Shown one piece after another: positions 37,801-49,894 of a DNA stretch of 64,000 bases. Source of the DNA: Macrostomum lignano (taxonomy: Eukaryota); assembly GCA_002269645.1 (NCBI GenBank), contig NIVC01002741.1:80050-144049 (forward strand). The letters are read 5' to 3'. The notes below the pieces were generated by a model, which did not search any database, had not been told where the DNA came from, and was given only the letters and a program-made list of their open reading frames with translations. The translations under genes were made by a program, and so were the position numbers. Each line of letters starts with the position of its first letter. The stretch's first letter is position 1.

Positions 37801-40800
37801 CGATATCCCCTAGGCCCTGCAAAATCCCACGATATCCCCTAGGCCCTGCAAAATCCTACGATATCCCCTAGGCCCTGCAAAATCCCATGATATCCCCTAG
37901 GCCCTGCAAAAATCCCACGATATCCCCTAGGCCCTGCAAAATCCAACGATATCCCCTAGGCCCTGCAAAATCCCACGATATCCCCTAGGCCCTGCAAAAA
38001 TCCCATGATATCCCCTAGGCCCTGCAAAATCCCACGATATCCCCTAGGCCCTGCAAAATCCCATGATATCCCCTAGGCCCTGCAAAATCCCACGATATCC
38101 CCTAGGCCCTGCAAAATCCCACGATATCCCCTAGGCCCTGCAAAATCCCATGATATCCCCTAGGCCCTGCAAAATCCCACGATATCCCCTAGGCCCTGCA
38201 AAATCCCACGATATCCCCTAGGCCCTGCAAAATCCCATGTTATCCCCTAGGCCCATCGGAATCCCATGATATCCCCTAGGCCCTGCAAAATCCCACGATA
38301 TCCCCTAGGCCCTGCAAAATCCCATGATATCCCCTAGGCCCATCAGAATCCCATGATATTCCAAAAGTCCTGCAATATCTCATTATATCCTCTAGGTCCT
38401 GCAAAATTCCATTATATCCCTATAGGCCCTGCAAAATCCAATTTTATCCCCTAGGTCTTGCAAAATCCCATTATATCCCCTAGGCCCTGCAAAATCCCAT
38501 TATTTCCCCTAGGCCCTGCAAAATCCCATTATATCCCCTAGGCCCTGTGAAATCCCTTGATATCCCATTGGGTTGCAAAATCCATTTTGGGTTGACTGAT
38601 CCCAAATTTATCCCCTTACATTCTGAATCCCAACGCAGCCCGGCGACCTGCTGATCGAGGTGAACTCCCGCCGGGTCAAGGAGCTGCCCCACACAGACGT
38701 GGTTCGAATTCTCGCCGAGTGCCCCATCGGGCAGGACTGCAGCTTCCTACTGCAGCGGGGCAGCCTGCCGCAGGCCTCCGCGGCGGGGCCGCCCACCTTC
38801 CGGACTTCAGCGTCGCACAGCGGCGGCTTGGCGTCCTTGGCGGACTCAGCGACTGCCGCTGTCGGCTTCGGGCACTCCAGCTTCCTGCCACGTGAGATCC
38901 CTTTGTTTGTGCCTTAGCAACAGCCCCATCGTGCCTGTTCTCCCCTAGGCAGTTCTCCTCCTAGCAACGCCCATTTCCCCTCAGCAACAACCGTTCTTCC
39001 CCTTAGCAACGCCCATTGTGCCTTAGCAACAACCGTTTTTCCCCTTAGCAACGCCCATTGTCCCTTAGCAACAACCGTTTTTCCCCTTAGCAACGGCAGC
39101 CCCCGTCTGCCCTCAGCAGCGTCAGCGGGCAGCGGCCCGAGCAGCTCATCTGGTGGCGCAGCAATCTCGAATTTCTCTCGGCACGCGCCGCTCCGCTCGT
39201 CCCGGCCGGACACGGGCAGCTCCAGCGTGACGGTGACGGCCTACCCGCCGCCAGCCTACCCGCCGCCAGCCTCCTCCGCTGCATCGTCGGGCTCAACGGC
39301 TGGCACCGTCCCGCGCTTCCGCAGCCGGACGCCCGGCCCTGAGACCAGCCTCAGCGGTTCGGCCTTCGATGACCAGCAGCAGCAGCAGCAGCAGCCGGCG
39401 CGGCCCAGAACTCCTACCGGTCTGGTGGAGGGTCGCGGCTACCATCAGCAGCAGCAGGTGCAGCAGCTTCATCCGCAGCCTCCGTCAGCCTCAGCGGCCA
39501 CGGCCGGCTACGGTTCGCTGGGCCGGCGGCCCCGGGCTGCAGCGGCTGCCGCGGCTCCGCAGTTCACCGTCACGCTGTTGCGCAATCAGCTGGGGCTGGG
39601 CATTCGGATACTGGGCGGCGCCGAGGAGGGGTCGCAGGTGAGACTCGGTAGTGAGATTCACTAAAAGCCACATGAGCGCCACACCAAGAGCCACATGAGC
39701 GCCACACCAAAAGCCACATGAGCGCCACACCAAGAGCCACATGAGCGCCACACCAAAAGCCACATGAGCGCCACACCAAGAGCCACATGAGCGCCACACC
39801 AAGAGCCACATGAGCGCCACACCAAAAGCCACATGAGCGCCACACCAAGAGCCACATGAGCGCCACACCAAGAGCCACATGAGCGCCACACCAAGAGCCA
39901 CATGAGCGCCACACCAAGAGCCACACGAGCGCCACACCAGGAGCCACACGAGCGCCAACCCCCTCTCCCCTGCAGGTCACCATCGGCCAGCTGGTCCCGG
40001 GCTCAGCTGCCCACGCTGACGGCCGAATCCGTCCGGGCGACGAGATCGTCAGCGTCAACGGGACCCCCTGCGTGGCGGCCTCGCACCATCGGGTTGTGCA
40101 GCTGCTCGAGTCCGCCGGGCCCCGCGTAAGCCTCGGCCTTCGCCGCAACCCTGTCTTAATCGGAGACGCCGCCGCCCCCGTCTACCCGTACGACGTAACG
40201 CTGACGCGCCGGCAAGACGAAGGTTTCGGCATCGTGATCGTCAGCTCGGTGACGCGGCCACCAGCTGGCAGCGGCGGCGGCGTGGTGCTGGGCGAATTCA
40301 TCGGCCACATTATCGACGGGTCGCCGGCGTCCCGCTGCGACAAGCTGCGCCGCGGCGACCGCATCCTGGCCGTCAATGGCGTTGGAGCGGCCGGCGTCCA
40401 TCATGAAGACATTGTCCGGATGGTGCGGGACAGCGGCCTGCAGGTGCGCCTCACCGTGGGGCCGCCTCTGCCCGGCCAGGCCGGCGCACCGCCTCCGGGC
40501 TTGATTGGCAGGTGAGCCGGGTGCACATTTGTTTTACCTCTATTCTATTCTCGGTTATTCCATCTCAGCATCCCTTTTGGATTCTCGCACTTAATTCTCC
40601 CAGCATCGTGCACTATTTTTCATCCCTATTTTTCCATCCCCATTCTCCTAACCCCATTCATCCAACCCCATTCTCTCATACCCATTTTCCCAACCCCATT
40701 CTCCCATCCCCATTCTCCCATACCCATTCTTTCATCCCCATTCCCCCAACCCCATTCCCCCATACCCATTCTCTCATCCCCATTCTCCCATCACCATTCT

Positions 40801-41816
40801 CCCATCCCATTCTCTCATCCCTATTCTCCCAACCCCATTCATCCAACCCCATTCTCTCATCCCCATTCCCCCAACCCCATTCTCCCATACCCATTCTCTC
40901 ATCCCCATTCTCTCATCCCCATTCTCCCATCCCATTCTCTCATCCCTATTCTCCCAACCCCATTCATCCAACCCCATTCTCTCATCCCCATTCCCCCAAC
41001 CCCATTCTCCCATACCCATTCTCTCATCCCCATTATCCCATCACCATTCTCCCATCCCATTCTCTCATCCCTATTCTCCCAACCCCATTCATCCAACCCC
41101 ATTCTCTCATCTCCATTCCCCCAACCCCATTCTCCCATACCCATTCTCTCATCCCCATTCTCCCATCACCATTCTCCCATCCCATTCTCTCATCCCTATT
41201 CTCCCAACCCCATTCATCCAACCCCATTCTCTCATCCCCATTCCCCCAACCCCATTCTCCCATACCCATTCTCTCATCCCCATTATCCCATCACCATTCT
41301 CCCATCCCATTCTCTCATCCCTATTCTCCCAACCCCATTCATCCAACCCCATTCTCTCATCCCCATTCTCCCAACCCCATTCTCCCATTCCCATTCTCTC
41401 ATCCCCATTCTCTAATCATTTCCCATCCCCATTCTTCCACTCTTTCCTTCCCCAATCGCAGGGCAGTGGCCGGGCCGGCCTCCCAGTCCAGCGGCTCCCC
41501 GGAGCCGGCCAGCGTCCCGGCGGTGCCCCCCGGCGGGCTGTTCACCGCGGTGCTGCACAAGACGGACAAAGGCTTCGGCTTCTCCATCCGCGGCGGCGCC
41601 GAGTTCAACCAGATGCCGTTCTACGTGTTGCGGATCGCCGAGGGCGGCGGCGCCCACCAGTCCGGCCGCCTGCGGGTCGGCGACGAGATCGTGTCCATCA
41701 ACGACCGGCCGCTGGCGGGGATCACGCACACCGAGGCCATCCAGGTGATTCGGTCGGCCGGATCCACGCTGAAGCTGGTGTGCCGGAGACCCGTCTCTGC
41801 GGGGCCTGCGGACTAA
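28837..41816 (+). CDS. MAGI: MAGI membrane-associated guanylate kinase with inverted organisation (PDZ0 - GuK - one WW - PDZ1 to PDZ5), 9 coding exons, about 1103 aa
   Basis: join(28837-29393, 29717-29989, 32236-32384, 36300-36490, 37083-37559, 38639-38891, 39117-39637, 39976-40511, 41462-41816); phases 2,2,1,0,0,1,0,2 are all compatible; 3312 nt. GuK IRENLYLRTVPVTTR..GVDYQFLTVEQF..LLESGLYEGNRYGTPKP; WW LPDGWEKVVDPKYGVFYID|HINKKTQYERP; PDZ loops GLGITIVGG, GFGFTIAD, GLGIRILGG, GFGIVIVSS, GFGFSIRGG. Confidence 0.93.
29440..29710. repeat. Intronic minisatellite, 32-bp unit GTTCACCCATCAATCCATGCTCCGGGGGTAAT
   Basis: About 8 copies in MAGI intron 1; the last partial unit runs into the acceptor. 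Confidence 0.92.
30358..31213. repeat. Intronic minisatellite, 30-bp unit GGCATCTCAGCAACCCCTCCTGTGGGCATT
   Basis: About 28 copies in MAGI intron 2. Confidence 0.95.
32400..33912. repeat. Intronic minisatellite, 21-bp unit TGTACTAGTGCCATGATTG(G/A)G
   Basis: About 72 copies in MAGI intron 3. Confidence 0.95.
35230..36030. repeat. Intronic minisatellite, 30-bp unit AGGTTTTGAGGTCATCTGACACCCTATCCA
   Basis: About 23 good copies plus degenerate edges in MAGI intron 3. Confidence 0.92.
36610..37030. repeat. Intronic low-complexity repeat (ATCCCAATT / ATCATTG units)
   Basis: Fills MAGI intron 4. Confidence 0.85.
37578..38560. repeat. Intronic minisatellite, 29-bp unit GCCCTGCAAAATCCCACGATATCCCCTAG
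   Basis: About 33 copies in MAGI intron 5. Confidence 0.93.
38910..39092. repeat. Short intronic repeat with a CCTTAGCAAC core (20-23 bp units)
   Basis: About 8 units in MAGI intron 6. Confidence 0.8.
39665..39955. repeat. Intronic minisatellite, 23-bp unit GCCACATGAGCGCCACACCAAGA
   Basis: About 12 copies in MAGI intron 7. Confidence 0.92.
40630..41440. repeat. Pyrimidine-rich CCCATTCTC repeat with a 125-bp higher-order period
   Basis: MAGI intron 8; antisense ORF ends recur at 41019, 41144, 41269 and 41394 (125-bp steps). Confidence 0.9.
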
Positions 41817-41825
41817 TGGGGATTG

Positions 41826-42700
41826 CGGTTCACTGTGACTGTTCACCATTCACTGTGACTGTTCACGGTTCACTGTGACTGTTCACGGTTCACTGTGACT
41901 GTTCACGGTTCACTGTAACTGTTCACTATTCATTGTGACTGTTCATGGTTCACTGTGACTGTTCACTCACTGTGACTGTTCACGGTTCACTGTAACTGTT
42001 CACTATTCATTGTGACTGTTCATGGTTCACTGTGACTGTTCACGGTTCACTGTGACTGTTCACCGTTCACTGTGACTGTTCACTCACTGTGACTGTTCAC
42101 CGTTCACTGTGACTGTTCATGGTTCACTGTGACTGTTCACTATTCACTGTGACTGTTCACTATTCACTGTGACTGTTCATGGTTCACTGTGACTGTTCAC
42201 GGTTCACTGTGACTGTTCACTATTCACTGTGACTGTTCACTATTCACTGTGACTGTTCACGGTTCACTGTGACTGTTCACGGTTCACTGTGACTGTTCAC
42301 GGTTCGCTGGGACTGTTCACGGTTCATTGTGACTGTTCACTGTTCACTGTGACTATTCACTATTCACTGTGACTGTTCACTATTCACTGTGGCTGTTCAC
42401 TATTCACTGTGACTGTTCACGGTTCACTGTGACAATTCACTGTGACTGTTCACTATTCACTGTGACTGTTCACTATTCACTGTGACTGTTCACTGTTCAC
42501 TCACTGTGACTGTTCACGGTTCACTGTGACTGTTCACTGTTCACTGTGACTGTTCACTATTCACTGTGACTGTTCACTGTGACTGTTCACGGTTCACTGT
42601 GACTGTTCACTGTTCACTGTGACTGTTCACTATTCACTGTGACTGTTCACTGTTCACTGTGACTGTTCACGGTTCACTGTGACTATTCACTGTTCACTGG
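41826..42700. repeat. Minisatellite, 20-bp unit GTTCACTGTGACTGTTCAC(G/T), starting 10 bp after the MAGI stop
   Basis: About 43 copies in the presumptive 3' UTR. Confidence 0.92.
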
Positions 42701-43659
42701 GACCAATCAAGTTTATTTGGGATAGTTTACGGTTCACAGGGATGATTCAAAGTTCACAGGGATGATTCAAAGTTCACTGAGATGGTTCAGTTTTATTAGC
42801 ATTATTTACAGTTAGCTGGGATCATTCCAAGTTCACTGGGAACATTCACACCGATTTCTGTCCCCAGAATCGCCCGACGCACCCAGTAAAGCCAGCTCTG
42901 TGGCGCCAGCGATCAGCTGACTGTATAAGTCCTGAGTTCGCGCTCACCGCTGTATTTTCGCACTTTGCTATTTTTTCCTTCGCTTTCAAAATCGGCCGCA
43001 CTCGAATCGAGTTCTGCGCGCTTCTGGTTCGGGACCACGGAGTCAGCGGGCCCGCTTTTTGCCTTCGAATTTCTGTAGTTCCGCGTCTTCTTTTTTGCTG
43101 ATGCCCAAGTTTCTCACTGAACATAGCCGATGTTGATGATGAATTATGAAATGCTGAGTTATTATTATTTATTGGACCATCAGTTTTCTCATTGGTGCAA
43201 TTTTTGTTACTGGCTGTCAATTGAGTTTGCGCTGAGCGCTTCGGGCGCTGCTGATGGGGCAGCCCTACCTGTGTAAAATAGTTTTTGTACCTGTCAGTTG
43301 CGCATATCAGTAAGTTTCAAATGTACTTTATTGATTGCGCTCTGGATTAATTTAATCACACATATTACTTCTCCTACTCTGTACTCAAATATCTCAGTTA
43401 ATCTCGCTGATGTATCGCCTGTATTAAACTTTTTGATTTCACGGGGCGGCTACGAGCGTATGTAAACTCATAAATAAATCCCTTTTATAAGCTTTAATCG
43501 TTGCTGATTGTTCATGTTAATATCGTATTTCAAATTTGATTAAATCATGTGTCAGCTTGGCTCATACTGTGCTGGATTGTTTTTTATGCTTTTTAACACT
43601 TTATTTAGGCTAATGGAGTTTGCAGTTTTAGACTTCAGCGAAAAAGAGAAGCTGAGTGA

Positions 43660-43918
43660 GCGTTGATGAGGCGCCAGTTTGGCATTGATGAGGCGCCAGT
43701 TTGGCATTGATGAGGCGCCAGTTTGGGCATTGATGAGGCGCCAGTTTCGGCATTGATGAGGCGTCAGTTTGGGCATTGATGAGGCGCCAGTTTGGTATTG
43801 ATGAGGCGCCAGTTTGGGCATTGATGAGGCGCCAGTTTGAGGATTGATGAGGCGCCAGTTTAAGCATTGATGAGGCGCCAGTTTAAGAATTGATGAGGCG
43901 CCAGTTTGAGCATTGATG
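43660..43918. repeat. Minisatellite, 22-23 bp unit GCATTGATGAGGCGCCAGTTTG
   Basis: About 11 copies. Confidence 0.9.
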
Positions 43919-43940
43919 ATATACACTGCCAAACCATAAG

Positions 43941-44024
43941 GGTTGTAGCCTTGTTTAGAGCATCGGACTCACAACCTACTCGGAACCATTTGTGTCCTGA
44001 GCAAGACACCTAACTCTGCATTGC
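43941..44024 (+). mobile_element. Degenerate tRNA-derived SINE fragment
   Basis: tRNA-like head TTAGAGCATCGGACTCACAACC followed by TGTGTCCTGAGCAAGACACCTAACTC, resembling the GTGTCCTTGAGCAAGACACTTAAC motif of many metazoan SINEs; the B box is missing. Confidence 0.4.
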
Positions 44025-44706
44025 AATTCAGTTCACGCAGCTGTAAAATGTGTACCAGCATTAGCTGGGGTAATTGAGGGTTGTGGCGCCCCCCCCCCTA
44101 CCCCCAAGTCCTTGCACTGAACAGCCGTACGCAGCCTTCAGATAGCTACGACCGAGCGGTGGGATGCACATCTGACCATTAGTAATTAGTCATATTAATC
44201 TTATTTACTCCGCCACCGAAGATGTCGACACCAGGAGCGACTCTGCCGCTGTACAACTATAAATAACGCAGATGTGGATAATATGTATAAATACTGTATA
44301 AAAAACTATAAATATGAGCAATCACTGCCTTTACGCCTTATACCTACTTAAATTCACCCAGTTTTCCCACCCTAGTTCACCCACCCAGCATGATCACCCC
44401 AGTTCTACCCCGCAGCTCACGGACGCAGTGCTTTCCATTTAAATTTGAGCACTAAGCTGCTGTCAGTACTTTGTTGGTATTTGGGCGCGACTGGATCAGC
44501 TTAATGCAACTTGGATGTCGGCCACAGACAACAACTTTTAACACCAAGATGGCTTCTTTTCTCTGCATATGTGTAGCATTGAGTAAAAACCCTCCATGAT
44601 GTGTAGCGTTTAGCTGACGACAGACTTAGCAGACGACAGAAGCCAGTGATTTTCCCAACAACTTTCACAACTGCAGAGACTTTACCAGCCGTCAAATCTG
44701 CAGAAA

Positions 44707-45799
44707 ATGCTGGCGCAGCACCTTTGGCCGATGGCTGCTCTCTTTTTGACTGGCGCACTGCTCGGTGAGTTCGAGTTCGCTGTTGAGCATGGCTCTTATC
44801 TCTCTTTTGAAAAGTACCGTCAGACACTGTCGTGCGTTACTCGTTAGCTTTGGAGCCGCTCATTCGCACATTTCTCTTTTAGGCCGAGCTCAGGTCAATG
44901 CGAAGTCAAACGACACAATTAACTGCTACAGAGGCTGGGATGTTGATGTGACTCCCGAATTTCCCAAGGGCATTGAGATCTGTCCCAGCTCGACCGTCTG
45001 CTCCGAGTTTCAAACGTGGAAGAACTTGAGAGAGTCCGGCCTTTATGTGAGCAGCTCATCATCTGATTTGCGCGATTTTACAGGCCTGGGTAACTCTGTT
45101 CTGAGCAGTGAATATTTGTTGGCTGCAAACAGTAACAATATACTATAATTTACGCTTCAGGATCTCAATATGCACTGCGGACCCTGCTCTGTTCACCAAA
45201 TCCAAGAAGGGAACTTGACGCAATGCCGCGAGTGCACCACGGATTTGTGCAACGACAAATTCGCCAAGGAGCTGGTGCCGGAACTTCCTAATTTAATCAT
45301 GTGCTACAATTCACGAGACTTTGAAGAGGAAAAGATTATTCATCCGACTGGGAGGCTGTGTCCCAGAAAACAGGGCTGCGGCACAGGTTTTTCTTCAAAC
45401 GGTGTAAGTTGTCCAGTTTACTCAACCTTTTGTGTCTGCTCTAAACTAAGCTATCAGATTCCCAGCTGTCTTATTGATCCCAGCAAAGCGACTTGATCGC
45501 CCACTCTGCTCAAATTCCAGTTAACATTGGTCGACTGCGGGGACGACTGCGAGAAGTTAGGCTGGAAAATGTGCCGCCGCTGCTACAGCCACATGTGCAA
45601 CGACAGGGGCGACTATTGGAATTACGGAGATCCAGATGCCAAACCGAGGCCTTTTATACAAGACAGGAAGCTTCTCAGCGATGAGGCAGTTTCTGTGAGC
45701 AGCCCGGTGACCCGACCGACCGGCCTGGTGTCCGTTCTCTCACTGGTGACAGCGCCGGCTCTGAGGCTGGTCTGGCATCAACAACTGCTCATGCCTTAG
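44707..45799 (+). CDS. Secreted, probably GPI-anchored protein with two 8-Cys three-finger (Ly6/uPAR/CD59-like) domains, paralogue 1; 4 exons, 247 aa
   Basis: join(44707-44764, 44883-45046, 45161-45403, 45521-45799), phases 1,0,0. Signal peptide MLAQHLWPMAALFLTGALLG; domain ends CRECTTDLCN and CRRCYSHMCN; hydrophobic C-terminal tail LVSVLSLVTAPALRLVW after a small-residue spacer. The same structure is conserved in the second copy. Confidence 0.85.
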
Positions 45800-46339
45800 C
45801 TTGAATAGCTGCACTGTGTGCTCAGGACCCAAGTACTCAGTGAATTCAGTAGATGGACAGTAGATGGACTGGAATATTACATGCGCAATTAGAGTTGCTG
45901 CAGACTTACTCGTATTTAGTTTTAGCCAGCTCGACAAACGTAAAATGATGAGGTGCTTTCCTGGTGCTCTTCATTGAGCAGCAGGTTGTTTTTTTAATTT
46001 GGCAATGCTCAAGCAATTTATCGAGGCAATATAACGCTTTCCAATTTACACATATAATTATAGTTTACATAAACGCACCAAACATATAATACATTTACTG
46101 GCGTATCAGCTCATGTTATCCTAAAAGAAAAGCTACACTTGCCAATAGCGGAAAACCACACGCATGCAAATAGGGATGCGATCGATCTGCAGCGAATCTG
46201 TCCGACTGCTGCTTGGACCTGCATGTACAGAGTTGACTTTGTACAGAGCTGCGTGAATCATGGAGAATGGAAAATTTGTTATCCTTGCCACTTTGATGGA
46301 AGTAAGGGAGTTTGAAACTGCGGAGTGAGGCTGTCGGTT

Positions 46340-47640
46340 TGGCTGTGATGGTTGCATGTGAGGCTGGTGTATTGGCGCTGCTCGTCGCGGGTGCCATTTA
46401 GTCCCGTATCCGCTTGTGAGAGCCTACATATCCTGTCTGCTCAGATTATCTTCTCAGCCACAATGGATACGGCCACTGAAAGTCAACTGCAATCAGTCAC
46501 CGATCTGAGGGTGCTTCAACTAAAGGCGGCACTGCAAGCGCGCAAAGTGCCAACGAAAGCTAGGAAGGTCGCCTCACGTTCTCGTCTGTGCAACGCGATG
46601 CTCAACGACGACTTGTTCAATGGATGGAGCAGAAAGAGGAGGCAGAGCTTCGACGGTTTTTGGACAAGGCACCAGATCACGGTAAGCTACCAGAAGTTTT
46701 AGTTAGTCTGCTTTCGCTGGGTCTGACAGGTAGTCCAATGATGGAGAATTTGATGCTGCAAGGGTATGCTCCAAGCAACGCAATGGTTTTATCCGGAACG
46801 CTGCATTGCAATCGCGACTCTGGTGAGTCCCTGGCCAGGCTGAGTAGCTCCTGGCGCAGTCTGAGGCAGGAAAGCTGAATCGCAAGTGCGGTTGATCAAA
46901 GCCCGACCCTCTGGCCAATGGATTTCCGCCAATAAAGAATCGTGTATGCCACTCTGCAATCCGAAACAGCTAGCGACTGGAGACACCGATAGGGAGTCAA
47001 AAAGTCTGTTAGACTTGCAGCAAGTTATTCAAATCGACGATTTGTTTGATGGAGGGTGCATTCAGCTGCGTGCTTACCACGTGCCAGGGCCGTTTCAAGT
47101 TTTTGCTGACGCCTTGTCTCGGCTGCATGAGAGCAGTCAGTTGTTGAATTTCTTGCTGCGCTATTATGGTTCCCAACGATTGCTCGCTAGACACGCTTTC
47201 TGCTGCCACATGCGCTTTTTTCTGTTTTCAGGTTGCCAGGCTGCGCCAGACCACCTCCGCCACCGAGCCCGTGAACTGCTCGGTTCCTCCTACGAGGCCC
47301 GCTCGAAAGCGCCATCAGCTCGCACGTGCTGTCCTGGCTCGCGTCACTGCGCAGCCAAGGGACTCGACCCTGCGAGCCTACAGTAGCATTCCTGGTCACG
47401 CGTCAGCTCGCTTTGGCTGTGGCTTCGGCTGGACGGCGCTCAGGACCTGACAAAGCACACCCTCACCTGCATCTGCTGCGGATCTGCAAGCGAGCGCTGT
47501 GGCTTCAGGTCAACCAGAAGCCACCGATGCCTCTGTCGGTGCTGCAAAAGCTTTGGTCTCTGGCTGACAAGGGCGACAATCGGCATGCTGGGCGGCCACC
47601 ATCGCTGCCTGATGCGGAATGCTGCGAAAATCGCCACTCC
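46340..47640 (+). mobile_element. Deleted and decayed DIRS/Ngaro-type tyrosine-recombinase retrotransposon
   Basis: In order: SAP-like gag start VTDLRVLQLKAALQARKVPTKARK (ATG 46463); RNase H end AYHVPGPFQVFADALSR (about 47072-47122); YR N-terminal pieces DSTLRAYSS and PHLHLLRICKRA..KPPMPLSVLQKL. Frameshifts present; RT core and YR catalytic core absent. Confidence 0.65.
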
Positions 47641-48254
47641 TCCGGTATTCCTGAAAGTATTTAATGGAGCTTATTTGAGTAGTAGGCAAGGGGGCTTCTG
47701 GTGCAAAATTGGCAAAAAAAATTTTGCCAGAAAAAACCACCCCCGCGGCTGGAACAGCAAAAAACACATACACAGCTCACCGCATATGTCGCTGCTAAGC
47801 TCTTGAAGGGTAAAGTCTGAGCGGTAAATTTTCTGCCATTTCAGGTAATTTCTTAATTCTTTAGGTGGAGCCGTTCCATAGCCATCAAAGTAGCAGTATG
47901 AATCACTAAATTATTCATAGCAATCATTACAGTTTAAATACTTGCCTAGTTGTATAAGTTCTCTGTATTCTTTTAATTCTGCCAACTCATCAAATTTGAG
48001 AAAGACTTCATCCATGACGACACCACCCTAATAGTGCTGTGCTGTAGATTTACAGCAGCTACTACTTTTACAGTAGTATCAGTATACTTTTACACTACTG
48101 ACTCATTTAGAATCAATGATAATATTCTGGCGGCATTGGAAATACCCACAGAACCCACAGAAATACCAATAAAGTACTGAATGCAGCTTAGTGCTCAAAT
48201 TTAAATGGAAAGCACTGGGTCGGTGAGCTGCGGGCTGAGCTGGGGTGAATGCTG

Positions 48255-49103
48255 TGTTGGTGAACTAGGGTGACTGCTGGGTGGGTGAACTGAGGTGGGT
48301 GCTGGGTGGGTGAACTGAGGTGGGTGCTGAGTGGGTGAACTGAGGTGGGTGCTGAGTGGGTGAACTAAGGTGGGTGCTGGGTGGGTGAACTGAGGTGGGT
48401 GCTGGGTGGGTGAACTGAGGTGGGTGCTGAGTGGGTGAACTGAGGTGGGTGCTGAGTGGGTGAACTGAAATGGGTGCTGGGTGGGTGAACTGAGGTGGGT
48501 GCTGGGTGGGTGAACTGAGGTGGTTGCTGGGTGGGTGAACTGAGGTGGTTGCTGGGTGGGTGAACTGAGGTGGTTGCTGGGTGGGTGAACTAGGGTGACT
48601 GCTGGGTGGGTGAACTGAGGTGGTTGCTGGGTGGGTGAACTGAGGTGGGTGCTGGGTGGGTGAACTGAGGTGGTTGCTGGGTGGGTGAACTGAGGTGGGT
48701 GCTGGGTGGGTGAACTGAGGTGGGTGCTGGGTGGGTGAACTGAGGTGGTTGCTGGGTGGGTGAACTGAGGTGGGTGCTGGGTGGGTGAACTGAGGTGGTT
48801 GCTGGGTGGGTGAACTGAGGTGGTTGCTGGGTGGGTGAACTGAGGTGGTTGCTGGGTGGGTGAACTGAGGTGGGTGCTGGGTGGGTGAACTGAGGTGGTT
48901 GCTGGGTGGGTGAACTGAGGTGGTTGCTGGGTGGGTGAACTGAGGTGGGTGCTGGTGGGTGAACTGAGGTGGGTGCTGGGTGGGTGAACTGAGGTGGGTG
49001 CTGGGTGGGTGAACTGAGGTGGGTGCTGGGTGGGTGAACTGAGGTGGGTGCTGAGTAAGGTGAACTGAGGTGGGTGCTGGGTGGTTGAACTGAGGTGGGT
49101 GCA
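48255..49103. repeat. Minisatellite, 25-bp unit GGGTGGGTGAACTGAGGTGG(G/T)TGCT, attached to an inverted copy of the Ly6 upstream segment (48172-48250)
   Basis: About 34 copies; the reverse complement of 48172-48250 matches 44410-44485 (CCCGCAGCTCAC.GAC.CAGTGCTTTCCATTTAAATTTGAGCACTAAGCTGC). Confidence 0.9.
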
Positions 49104-49311
49104 CATGGAGGGAAATCAAATGCAAAAGGCGTAAAGGCGGTGGCTGATTGCAGAGTAATTATTTTTATGGTTTTTACATTTCTGGAAGTCAGTATGTTTT
49201 ACAAACAGATTGCACAGGAATTCAACTTACTATATGTTCCCAATCACTGCAGCGATTCCCCGAAAACGAAGCTTTTAAAAATTGCGTCAACCAGCAGTCT
49301 TCTTGACGTTT

Positions 49312-49760
49312 GATTCAGTAGTGACGATCCTCAGTGGGAAAGAGGGATGCTCGTCCGGTGGCTTTGAGGAACTTGAGAAGCCCTGGGATATTCTCGAGAT
49401 GGCAGACTTTTGCTGAGTGACGAGTTGGGCCAGAAGGGCAGGTATAGTCTTCATCAAAGGTGCGCAAGGGAACCGGATGCATCGAGACCAGTGCGTCGGT
49501 ATCGCTCATAAAATCGGAAAACTTTCATTCAGAGTCCCGTAGTTCGTTCGACATCAGCTTGCACACCTACTCGAGAGCCGGTCCCCCTGTCTGGCAAAAT
49601 CAACGCCCGTGTGCAAGCGGCAGGGCGCTGCCAAGGAGCTTCTTCCGCTTGTGATCAGCGGCTGCGGATCCAACCTGATCTGCCGGAACTGGCGCAGCAT
49701 CAACTAGATGAGGAGCAACAGCGAGTAACCCATAAGATCTGCCATCGGCAGGACCAGTAC
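49312..49760 (-). mobile_element. Decayed 3' end of a non-LTR retrotransposon (I/R1/Jockey-like C-terminus)
   Basis: Frameshifted minus-strand pieces RRSSLAAPCRLHTG and ENIPGLLKFLKATGR resemble the RLRTGH and ..FLKxTG C-terminal motifs of such LINEs. Confidence 0.4.
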
Positions 49761-49894
49761 GCCGAGACAAGTACAGCGCAAAGGCAAGTACAGCGGACCG
49801 CATGTGCATCTGTATTTGCGGGCCAATGCCAGGCAACGTTAATTGTGTTGGTACTCAATGCCACGCTGAAAGCTCAGCTCAACCATGAGATCGC

